From: an uncultured delta proteobacterium
GTDB lineage: Bacteria; Desulfobacterota; Syntrophobacteria; Syntrophobacterales; Syntrophobacteraceae
Reading direction: 5' to 3'
Assembly: GCA_963808625.1 (NCBI GenBank)
Contig: CAWEHK010000033.1
Coordinates: 32,001 to 96,000 of the forward strand
DNA length: 64,000 nucleotides
In this document: positions 55,210 through 64,000 of the stretch, in pieces
Layout: each line of letters starts with the position of its first letter
How positions within the stretch are numbered: the first letter of the stretch is position 1
Made by a program: the position numbers and the translations under genes
Notes under the pieces: generated by a model
Told to the model about the DNA's origin: nothing
The model's database searches: none
The model's input: only the letters and a program-made list of their open reading frames with translations

Positions 55210-56040
55210 ATGATCGCTTCAATTCGCAAGATGGACATCGAAACCGCAAAAAACCTCGAAGGTGTTTTATTCGATATTGACGACACTTTTACCACTCGCG
55301 GCAAGATCCCGGCATCCGCCTATCAGGCGCTGTGGGCTCTTAAAGCATCGGGGCTCAAAATCGTGCCCATCACCGGCCGGCCGGCCGGCTGGTGTGATCT
55401 CATTGCCCGCATGTGGCCTGTGGATGCCGTGGTCGGCGAAAACGGGGCCTTCTATTTCTGGCTGGACGAACGCGCGGGAATGCTCAAGAGACGGTTTCTC
55501 GATCCCGCCCCCATCCGCCGGGAGAAACAAGCTCGCCTCAAGCAAATCGAACAGGAGGTGATTCAGTCAGTTCCCGGCAGTGCCGTCGCATCCGATCAAC
55601 CCTATCGGGAAACCGATCTTGCCATCGATTTCTGTGAAGATGTCAAACCTCTTGACTGGCAAGCTATTGACCGCATTGGTGAGATCTTCAAAAAGCACGG
55701 GGCGACCAGCAAAGTCTCTTCGATCCATGTCAATGGCTGGTTTGGCGACTACAATAAACTGGGCATGACCAAGGCCATGGCACGAGAACTATGGGGAATG
55801 GACCTCGACGCAACCAGACGGCGCTTTCTCTTCTGTGGAGACTCCCCCAACGATGAGCCGATGTTTCAATTCTTTCCATGCACTGCGGGTGTCGGCAACG
55901 TCCTTCGCTTCATCGAACGGATGCATCATCTTCCGACCTTTGTGGCCGAGTACGAAGGCGGCGAAGGTTTTGCACAAATCGTCGAAACCGTTCTTTCACT
56001 CAGGGCATCGCTTCCCCGTCCGAGTCCAGTGGCTGACTAA
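55210..56040 (+). CDS. HAD-IIB family hydrolase
   Basis: FDIDDT, ITGR, GENG, SSIHVNGW, GDSPND. Confidence 0.9.
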   Translation: MIASIRKMDIETAKNLEGVLFDIDDTFTTRGKIPASAYQALWALKASGLKIVPITGRPAGWCDLIARMWPVDAVVGENGAFYFWLDERAGMLKRRFLDPAPIRREKQARLKQIEQEVIQSVPGSAVASDQPYRETDLAIDFCEDVKPLDWQAIDRIGEIFKKHGATSKVSSIHVNGWFGDYNKLGMTKAMARELWGMDLDATRRRFLFCGDSPNDEPMFQFFPCTAGVGNVLRFIERMHHLPTFVAEYEGGEGFAQIVETVLSLRASLPRPSPVAD

Positions 56041-56386
56041 GTCCCGTGAGCCTCCATTTATCTCTATCATTTCAGGAATCTAAGCTTGTTTCAATTGCAG
56101 AGTCCTGCTCCCGCTGGAAACCATACACATTGGATAAATATTGTTTTAACTAATGATATCAACACATGATAAAAATAATGGGGAAAGTAGGTGATTTTGA
56201 ATTGCTTTTCTAAATTTAGCGATTATACTCTCGGCATGCTGGTTGAGTACGATATTTTGAGTTCTGCAAGAAATCGGTCTTTCGCCAAGACAAAAGGTGC
56301 GGTTTCCGAGCAGTCCCTAATACCGCACCATAAAAGCAGTGGAAAAAACAAAATTTCAACTACAAATTTAGAGAAGGATTTAAGAA

Positions 56387-56587
56387 ATGGCGGAAGGCAA
56401 AGTAAAATGGTTTAATGACAGCAAGGGTTTTGGCTTTATCGAAACTGACGCAGGGCATGACGTGTTCGTTCATCACACGGCCATCCAAGGTGAAGGTTTT
56501 AAAACGCTCGGTGAAGGTGAGCGGGTGAGTTTCGTTGAGGAAAAAGGCGTTAAGGGGCCTCAAGCGACCAATGTGAGAAAGCTCTAG
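56387..56587 (+). CDS. cold-shock protein
   Basis: GKVKWFN.SKGFGFI, DVFVH, GFKTL, KGPQA. Confidence 0.97.
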   Translation: MAEGKVKWFNDSKGFGFIETDAGHDVFVHHTAIQGEGFKTLGEGERVSFVEEKGVKGPQATNVRKL

Positions 56588-56623
56588 CCAGAGTATAATT
56601 AACGCGATTCGATCATGAACATT

Positions 56624-56655
56624 AGCCGGGGCTATAAAAAGCCCCGGCTTTTTTT
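56624..56655 (+). terminator. Rho-independent terminator after csp
   Basis: AGCCGGGGCT..AGCCCCGGCT followed by T run. Confidence 0.9.
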
Positions 56656-56851
56656 ATGGTACTAATCCCCATTGCCGGCTTCTTCAAACACACAGGGTGT
56701 GAAAACCTTTCGGTTCGCACACCCTGTGCCATCTCAATGACTATTTGTTTCAAGACCTCTTTCCCTCTCGGTCGAAAACATCGAGCTTCATTGGGAGACT
56801 CTGTCTTCCCAAGGAATTACATCAATCCGTGCCGTTTGATCCTTCAAGTGG

Positions 56852-57043
56852 TCATTGGGCGAACTTCTTGCCTTTCAGGAAATCCCGCACTGCATCGGCG
56901 GATGTCCCCACCGCTCTGACGGCATTCTTTAACTGCATGTCGGTGCAGGTGAACTTTTGACACCAGTATTTCACTTCATTCGGTTCATAAGGGTTGACAC
57001 GGTGATTCCCATAAGGGCCCCGTTTGGGTTTACCAGAAGTCAT
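56852..57043 (-). CDS. DUF3606-like small protein
   Basis: RVN..E..EVKYW......QLKNAVRAVG.SADAVR.FL; AAGGAG RBS. Confidence 0.75.
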   Translation of the reverse strand: MTSGKPKRGPYGNHRVNPYEPNEVKYWCQKFTCTDMQLKNAVRAVGTSADAVRDFLKGKKFAQ

Positions 57044-57728
57044 GGTTTCTCTCCTTGTCAAAGGGTGGCAATGCATCGATGAAATGCGAGAAGGCATAAA
57101 CCCAAAACCTTTTTCTTAAGCAGCATAAAAGTCCTTCGGTTGTTATGCCTGACTCACTATCCGGATCTCTCTGGTCCCGGGAGACACACATGAGCACTTC
57201 GGCTCTGGAGACTCCACAAAGCAAAATATATCACTTCGCAGGACTAAAGGATATGCGTCGTGCCTATTTAACCCATAAATTCCCGAGTTACGTCCAAGCC
57301 TTCAATAGTGTTGATGATTATCAATGCCTTTGAGTCGAGCAAGAAAATCTAATCATCGACCGACTTGCTGAGGAAGTCGAGTCCGGAGCGCCATGATTGA
57401 GGATCTAGATGTTAGAGGCCTGGCAATGCCGCAGCATAGGTCTCTCCATAGCCCGATCCGTATTTGCTCGTTGCTGAGGATCTCGATTATTTTGAGAATG
57501 ACTTCGCCTTATGTTCCAGCATTTGTTATCATGACCGCAGTTGGAAATTGGATGAGGTGTCCACCTTTCTATAAGCCGATGCCCACTGTGCGCTGAGCCT
57601 TCCTCCCTCTGGTGGCAAATTGTCGAGAATCGTGGATGGCAACTCAGGATTGCCGCCTTCCAAAGAAACAGGCGGGCGAACCGGGTTGTTTTGCGAGACA
57701 CTGGACCAGCACCGATGGGAGACTGATC

Positions 57729-58244
57729 ATGGCAGAGGCGCAACTTGCATTAGTAAAAGATTTGATCTCCACAGGGTATTTCTTTAAGGAGTTAAGGACT
57801 TACTCCGAGTCTAAGGAAATTGACCTTCCTTCGTTTAGCAGGCATTTTGCCGTTCCATACTTAACCAGAATCTCAGAATCGTATGAAGAATCCGGGAAAC
57901 CGGATAAAAGCCAGATCCTGAATCTTGCTGTCAAGCATCTATCTAATGTCAGTGATGAAGAACTGGTGGAATCCATCTTCGGGCTCAAGAAAATCGCTGC
58001 ATCCGAAATAGATGTTAACGAAAAAGCTTTGCATCAAAGCGACCAGCTCAACAAGTCCCAACTCCGGTCTTGTCGTCAGAAATCCGAATCCGCGACGTCT
58101 CTCTCAAAGCTGCTCGTAAGCATTATCAGGATGTTTAAGCTCTCCGAAGGCACGTTCAAACGCGACAAATCCGAGGAAGGCAGGAATTCGATTTACGATG
58201 TGATAAAAGACAACTGGAACCTATCCGTTCCGTCGACCGTATGA
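57729..58244 (+). CDS. hypothetical protein
   Basis: GGGAG RBS before MAEAQL; 171-aa open frame, no recognised motif. Confidence 0.6.
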   Translation: MAEAQLALVKDLISTGYFFKELRTYSESKEIDLPSFSRHFAVPYLTRISESYEESGKPDKSQILNLAVKHLSNVSDEELVESIFGLKKIAASEIDVNEKALHQSDQLNKSQLRSCRQKSESATSLSKLLVSIIRMFKLSEGTFKRDKSEEGRNSIYDVIKDNWNLSVPSTV

Positions 58245-58625
58245 TCTCGCCATCTGTTTGAAGCCATTCGCAGCGATCGGAGGCAGGTCTTTAGAAGCGA
58301 AAATAGCTGGAGCTATCATCACTCCGGCTCATGCTGGTTCCGAATGGTTTTGGACAATGTTTCGGCGGGAGCTTTCTCACACTGGTCGCATGAATGTTAT
58401 TTAATTCGATCAAGCCACATCAGGAGGGGAAAGCTCTGGCGGGTGGTTGCTGATTGCCGGTCCGTGATCAGCTGCAGAGGCGCCAAATCGGGAGAATCCG
58501 CCCCCCGGTTCAGCGGGCTGAGCCTCACCTCAGAGCTGGTTCACGCCGCAAATCATGCTTGAATCAAAAAGGGGCTTCGGGGGAATGAACCCCGGACTGT
58601 CACACTTCTAACAAAAAAGCACGAA

Positions 58626-60093
58626 TCATTGATTGCGCGCTATTTCAACCTCGCTCAAGAATGTCCATTGTGTGTTGAGAAGCTTGACTGAAAGCGACTT
58701 GCAGTTTTTGAGGTTGAATGGCGTCGAATTGGATATCACATATTCAGTGCCGGAATCTGAAGAAATGCCTGTTCCCATGGGAGGAGGCGTAACTGCCTTG
58801 GTGGGACCGAATTCGGCGCCGTCAGTGGAACAACGTACCTGAAGTTTTGCGGGTGATGTAATCCCCCAACTTGGCTGTACTACAATGTGAACTCCCAACC
58901 AATCCACGTTGGTAGGTGCCGAGAAATCAAATATCAATTGAGCGTTTCCCGGAACACCAACCCAACCGGTGCTGAATATGTTCTTAGGGTCTGCTGTGCT
59001 TGCATCATTGAGTTCTCCATATGAATCAGGGTATTGTGATGAAGGAGGCGTGATCCAGCGATATGATCCTTCATAACTCAAATAGGCACCCTTAAATCCA
59101 TACAGGGCTTGGTAGGAGCTAAACAGTCGCCGAGCCTCCTTGTAACCCGCATTCGGCCCCCGGGAAGGACTCATGTGGCTTTGAAACAGCCATGATATTC
59201 GCTTCCCGGGCAACCGAGCTGCCGATAATTGCTGGTTCAGTCTTGCAACAGAAGCACTGCGTGTAGCTCTTAAAATTGAAAAGCTCCACATCCGCCCAGA
59301 CAGCCTCTGAGCCAAGGCGATTAACTAATTCGAAATAATAATCTTCAGTGGAGTATTTGTCTTGTCCATCCGATGAAGGTTGGTTGGCAAACGCCCCCGT
59401 TCCATCCTGCCATGCTTGGATGTCGATTTCCGTTGCATCCCTGAAAAAAGCGGCCACATGAGCCAGATCTGACGGGCTCAGGGCGCCAGGCTGCAGATAA
59501 GGGGATATGACAACCTTCTTCCCTGGGGTCAATTCCTTCAGTTGGCGGGTAATATTCGAGTAATATGGGATCTTCTTGATCAGAGAAAGATCGGCTCCCG
59601 TTTCATCTGGTATGTACCAACCGGCGAAAGCAGGATGATCTTTGTAAGTATCAGCAACAATCTTTATATTGGTTTTTATATCCTGATATACTAAGTCTTT
59701 ATTGGGACTTTTATGAAAATCATCACAGTTCATAAATGACATGACTGCGCCCATGTATACGATCATCCCTCGTTTGTGTGCTTCATCCAAAACTTCGTTC
59801 AGTTTATCAGGGAATCCGGCAACCCAATAGAAATCGTTCGCGCCGCCTCCACAGCCGGCACCGCTCTTTTTCATGCGAACAGCATCCAGAACAATTATGT
59901 TCATTCCCAAAGAACGCATTTCATTGAGTAGTTGCTTGAATTGTTTGATGGTCATGGCCGGGGTGGTATCACTATAGCCAAAATGAACAAATGACCCATT
60001 TATGAGGTTGAGTGCTTCGTTTGCACTCCCGGACATGGGGTTTGCGACCCATAGTGCCAGCAGGACGATCATAATACCGATGGTCCTTTTCAT
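58626..60093 (-). CDS. secreted DUF4434-like glycoside hydrolase-fold protein with C-terminal beta-sandwich (frameshift near 59250)
   Basis: Signal peptide, HPAFAGWYIPDE, QDGTG, WADVELF; C-terminal WTFLSEVEI discoidin-like end. Confidence 0.75.
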
Positions 60094-60338
60094 TGCGTTT
60101 CTCCATTTGCATGAAGCATTCAAGCACAAATTCTAATAAAGCCGTGAACTCCTTCGGTATTCCCCCGTCAGTCCCCGTCATTCAACGTCGTTTGATTTTA
60201 ACCTATCCCCGGCTATGTTGAGAAGGGGAATAGGCAGGAGAAGGGAAGTCTCCTTGCCGATCCGTTCTCACCCGCCAAGATAGGCGTCCTGTATCCAAAT
60301 GTCCTTTATGAGGTCCCTGCCGTTTCCCTCCAAATCAG

Positions 60339-60848
60339 TCACCCACGGGTTTCCCGCTTCGTTATTTTCCGGAAGAAGAGTCGGACCATCTCGGTGTGAA
60401 GGGCAAAGGCTAAATCCATGGGCTCCGTCAGAACTGCCCTTTCGATGGTCTCCTCGGTGGGTTTAAAGGGAGGGATCTCCTGAGGAGTCTTGGCCTGAGC
60501 GAGACCAAAAATCAAGAGCGTGCCGTCGTCAGCACTTCTCACCCCGAATTCGGTAATTTCGTGGGGCTTCACGGAAATCCCGGTCTCTTCGTATAGCTCG
60601 CGAACGACAGCCTGTTGCCATGATTCACCCAGGTTGACGTACCCGCCGGGAAGAGCCAACATTCCTCTGTGAGGCTCTATCCCTCGGCGAATCACGATGA
60701 GACCTTCGCCAACGGGGAGCAGAACCACCGCAACCGGAATCGGATTGAGAAAAGTGATGTTGCCGCAGATGTTGCAGCGTCTTGGCCAGGCATCGCCGAT
60801 ACGGAAAGCATGCCCGCAATAGGAACAGTGAGAGTTCTTTTCATGCAT
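60339..60848 (-). CDS. NUDIX hydrolase with zinc ribbon
   Basis: CSYCG..CNICG, LPGGYVNLGESWQQAVVRELYEETG. Confidence 0.92.
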   Translation of the reverse strand: MHEKNSHCSYCGHAFRIGDAWPRRCNICGNITFLNPIPVAVVLLPVGEGLIVIRRGIEPHRGMLALPGGYVNLGESWQQAVVRELYEETGISVKPHEITEFGVRSADDGTLLIFGLAQAKTPQEIPPFKPTEETIERAVLTEPMDLAFALHTEMVRLFFRKITKRETRG

Positions 60849-60948
60849 TTTCCGGCTATTCCTTCTCCAATCTCCTTGCCTTTGGTCGATGGTTGTGTAA
60901 GGGATATGCACCAACTCGAAACTGCCTACAACCCTGGAGCGTTCAAAT

Positions 60949-61494
60949 ATGGCGACCGCAAGACCTATTATAACAACCCGAACATTAACTCAAGACCGCG
61001 CACTCACCTTGCGTTTTGCTCAAGAAACGGATGTCGACTTGATATTGCAGTTCACGCAAGAGCTTGCCGACTACGAGCGACTCTCCCATGAAGTGGTGGC
61101 GGATGCCGACACGCTGCGTCGATCACTGTTCGACGGGCAGCGGGCAGCGGAAGTCGTGATTGCGGAATACAACGGAAGTCCTGCCGGAGTGGCCCTCTTT
61201 TTCCACAATTTCTCGACCTTTTTGGGCAGGCCGGGCCTTTTCCTCGAGGATCTGTTCGTCAAGCCTCCCTTTCGCGGCAAAGGGATTGGCCGAACCTTGC
61301 TCTTGTTTCTGGCAAAACTGGCGAAGGAGCGCGGATGCGGTCGGCTGGAGTTTTCGGTGTTGGATTGGAATGAATCGGCTATCGGGTTCTATAAGAAGCT
61401 GGGAGCCCGCGCACAACATGATTGGACTATTTTTCGCATCGCCGGGAAAGAACTGGATGATCTTTCCGAGCACTTTGTTGTGAGAACTGACTGA
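60949..61494 (+). CDS. GNAT acetyltransferase (SSAT-like)
   Basis: ELADYE, FSTFLGRPGLFLEDLFV, RGKGIG, VLDWN..AIGFY. Confidence 0.92.
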   Translation: MATARPIITTRTLTQDRALTLRFAQETDVDLILQFTQELADYERLSHEVVADADTLRRSLFDGQRAAEVVIAEYNGSPAGVALFFHNFSTFLGRPGLFLEDLFVKPPFRGKGIGRTLLLFLAKLAKERGCGRLEFSVLDWNESAIGFYKKLGARAQHDWTIFRIAGKELDDLSEHFVVRTD

Positions 61495-61631
61495 ATTCAG
61501 AGCTGAGGCGCTGACCGTGCGAGGCACAGTCGGCATGAATCGGGAAAAGGGCAGGGGCCCTTCTATTGGGGAGGCCAGGACTTATTTCGACAGTGGTGAG
61601 ATTTTCCGGGGGATACCGGAACTATGGTCGT

Positions 61632-62156
61632 TCAATGATCTGCGTCAACCGGCGCCGAATGTTCATTATCGGCTTCACCTCCGCAGTCTTCAAAGGTAAT
61701 GCCCTTAATCCTGGCATCCGCCGCCATCTTGAACGTGGATGTGAATTCCATGACCACCCTCTTTTCTTCATCATAGAGCGTTGCCCGGCCCTTGAGGATT
61801 CTCCCTTCTCGATGAACCACTTTGGCTTTTGCGGTAACGATTCCTTTCTTTACGGGCGCTAGATACTTCGCTTCCAGCGCAATTGTGCCGAAATGCGACA
61901 AGGGAGGGACGATGCTCTTTATGGCCATCACCACGGCCGTATCGGCCAGGCTCACGAGGGCGCCCCCGTGCATCAGCCCACCGCCTTGGGCGTACTCGAT
62001 GAAGAAGGGCATGCTCAATATCGCCCGACCCTCGGCAGCCTCAACAATACTGACATTCAGCAGCCGCTCGAAGGGGGCGCAGCTGATCCATCCCTCCATG
62101 TGAAAGCGGTGTGGACCTGTCGATGGGGAAGTCGTCGCTATTTCTGTTTTCGACAT
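61632..62156 (-). CDS. PaaI-family thioesterase
   Basis: GLMHGGALVSLADTA. Confidence 0.88.
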   Translation of the reverse strand: MSKTEIATTSPSTGPHRFHMEGWISCAPFERLLNVSIVEAAEGRAILSMPFFIEYAQGGGLMHGGALVSLADTAVVMAIKSIVPPLSHFGTIALEAKYLAPVKKGIVTAKAKVVHREGRILKGRATLYDEEKRVVMEFTSTFKMAADARIKGITFEDCGGEADNEHSAPVDADH

Positions 62157-62249
62157 GTTATCGGTTGCGTCTCCTTGCCAAGCTCATAAACTCGTCATCT
62201 TTTCCACAGAAGGGGAGGGCGCTTACGTTTTCGCGTTTCTCATCATGTT

Positions 62250-62395
62250 CCAGTATTCCCGCATCACCCCGCCTCCTCACCACATCTTCTTCCGCCCTCA
62301 CCGTTTCTCCGCGTCTCCGTGTCACCCCATCTCCCTCTCCCCGCGCTCGGCCTCCCTCTCTCCCTCTTTCCCCGTGTGTCCGCATCGCCGTGTGC
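62250..62395. repeat. degenerate short tandem repeat tract (GACACGG/GACGCGG-type units on minus strand)
   Basis: Pyrimidine-rich plus strand, e.g. tctccgcgtctccgtgtcacccc, ccccgtgtgtccgcatcgccgtgt. Confidence 0.6.
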
Positions 62396-62492
62396 CGCTC
62401 ACTGCGCCTTTCGCTATGGCACGAGGGGGCGGGCTCCGCCTCTTCGCCCCCTCGGCCGCCGCTTCAGGCTCCGTTCGCTCCTGCTTGCCAGG

Positions 62493-64000
62493 CTATCCCC
62501 GCCTGCCAGGCGGAACCAGGGCCACACGAAAACCCAGGATGTGGTACCGGAGCGACGGCTCGGACCCTGAGGCGGAACGCCGAGCGGCAGTACCCGGACA
62601 CGCAGCCCCAGCCGCCGCCCCGGATCACCCGGACCGGGACCTCCTCATCTCCAACGGTATCAATACACCACTCCCAGACATTCCCCGCCATATCTTCAAG
62701 CTCAAAATCTTTCGATCTCGATCGTGGGAAAATGCCCACCGCCGACGTGCTCTCCAGCCCGGCTTCAGAGCTGTTGCAGATGCCATCCTCCCAGTCGTTG
62801 CCCCATGGATAAACGTATCCCTTCGGTCCTCTTGCCGCAGCCTCCCATTGCCGCTCCGTGGGCAGTGTCCCCCCAGCCCAGCGGGCAAAGGCCTCGGCTT
62901 CCCAGAACGAGACCCCGACCACCGGCTGATTCGGAGCAGCAAAGTCGGGATGGCGCCAATATTCTGGTTCGCTGACCTGCTCTTCGCCAAGCCACTGCCA
63001 TCCCTCCTTGGTCCAATACTCTTTCTCCTGGTACCCCCCGGCTCTTCATGAAAAGCCCATACTGCGCGTTCGTCACCGGATAGCGACTGAGCCAGAACGG
63101 CTTGCTAATGGTAAACCGTTCTTTCTTATCACCGTATCGGTATGTCTCCTGCAGGAATCTTCACGTATCCCCGATGCTCGTCAGGATGGCCTGCAACTCT
63201 GCAAGTCGGTGACGATCCGCGGATCTCCCAACCGTCCCAACGCCACGGCCAGGGTGTGTCGCTCTTTGACGGCAATCTCTTGGGCGATGGCCTGTGTCAC
63301 CACCTTCTCGAAGAATTCACACAACTTCCTTGGCAGTTCCACCTTGCGGCCGATGAGGATCTCCAGGCAGTCGCCCAGGACAATCGCCAGGTTCCAGACA
63401 CCACCTGTCGCCCCTTGCTGGGATTGGTCCGCTTCGGGCAACCGGATACCGCTTACCATGTCCTGCAAAAGCTCTACTCCGGCTTTGGGATTGATCTTCT
63501 TTACCAGACAGCCAAACAGGAACGACAGGGTATTCCGCCAACCCGCAGCCGGCCCGCGCTCCAGCATGAGGTCTCTGAATCCGTCCGGTTGGCGCCAATG
63601 GCGAACGAACAGTTGGTCGGTGGCCAGGAATTCCTGGAACGACAGATGGTAAAACGCCGCCCGAGCATCGCCGCGCGACACGAGCAAGCCCGACCGTGAC
63701 AACAGATCTTCCCGCACCGCGACCGTATCGTGGAGCCCCTTGTCCGTGGCGCCATCGAGCTTATGATACTCCTGCAGCAGCAGGTCGATTTCACGGTCGG
63801 AACCAGAGGCTTCGGGATTTTCTCGTTCCTGCCTCAAGCCCTCACCCGTATGCATCCCCAAGGCAATCGCTGCAAGCCGCGCCCGGACCTCAGTCACAAG
63901 CTGAATCACCGGATAACGCTTGTAAAGGACCGTATCGACGATACGGTCATAGAGTTCATACTTGTCTTCCGGCAGGCGCCTGCCCTCCGCGTAGATGATG
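62493..64000 (-). CDS. NACHT-associated region plus C-terminal FGE-sulfatase (C-type lectin fold) protein; partial, frameshifted; candidate DGR target
   Basis: FYHLSFQEFLA, ALGRLGDPR, YPVTNAQY, VSFWEAEAFARW, LPTERQWEAAARG, DMAGNVWEWC, VIRGGGW, stitched LGFRVAL. Confidence 0.85.

Noticed and set aside
61500..62490. Search for a DGR template repeat, avd or reverse transcriptase downstream of the FGE gene
   Set aside because: Only a repeat tract and a PaaI gene are present; no AAC-rich copy of the variable region was seen in the window by eye
62155..63051. Plus-strand ORFs of 233-298 aa
   Set aside because: Antisense to the FGE gene and running through the low-complexity repeat tract

Overview
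Bacterial chromosomal window. Gene content and order suggest an anaerobic Desulfobacterota/Syntrophobacterales-type organism (inference). Core content: tRNA-Arg(UCU); lysS-lolC/E-lolD-bamA-skp-lpxD-fabZ-lpxA-(lpxI::Gfo/Idh/MocA fusion)-lpxB; aroF-tyrA; a DtxR-family regulator; a ~9.2 kb SBBP/PKD/20x Calx-beta surface protein gene; UbiA/UbiD menaquinone genes; rlmD; PBP1b with an LpoP-like lipoprotein; fabH; hopanoid genes; an ABC transporter; convergent glpB/glpA; a cold-shock gene; and an accessory right end finishing in a NACHT-like/FGE-sulfatase gene. Many genes, including essential ones, carry single-base frameshifts, most likely read or assembly indels. Best leads: (1) an unannotated Tyr-rich leader peptide (MFTKYYRYYY...) with tandem terminators upstream of aroF-tyrA; (2) a DGR-type variable-repeat signature at the 3' end of the FGE-sulfatase gene, with no TR or RT in the window; (3) a 394-aa hypothetical protein with a cryptic RelA/SpoT synthetase motif series; (4) a PBP1b with degenerate transpeptidase motifs; (5) the LpxI-GnnA-like fusion. 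All calls are by eye; no searches were run.
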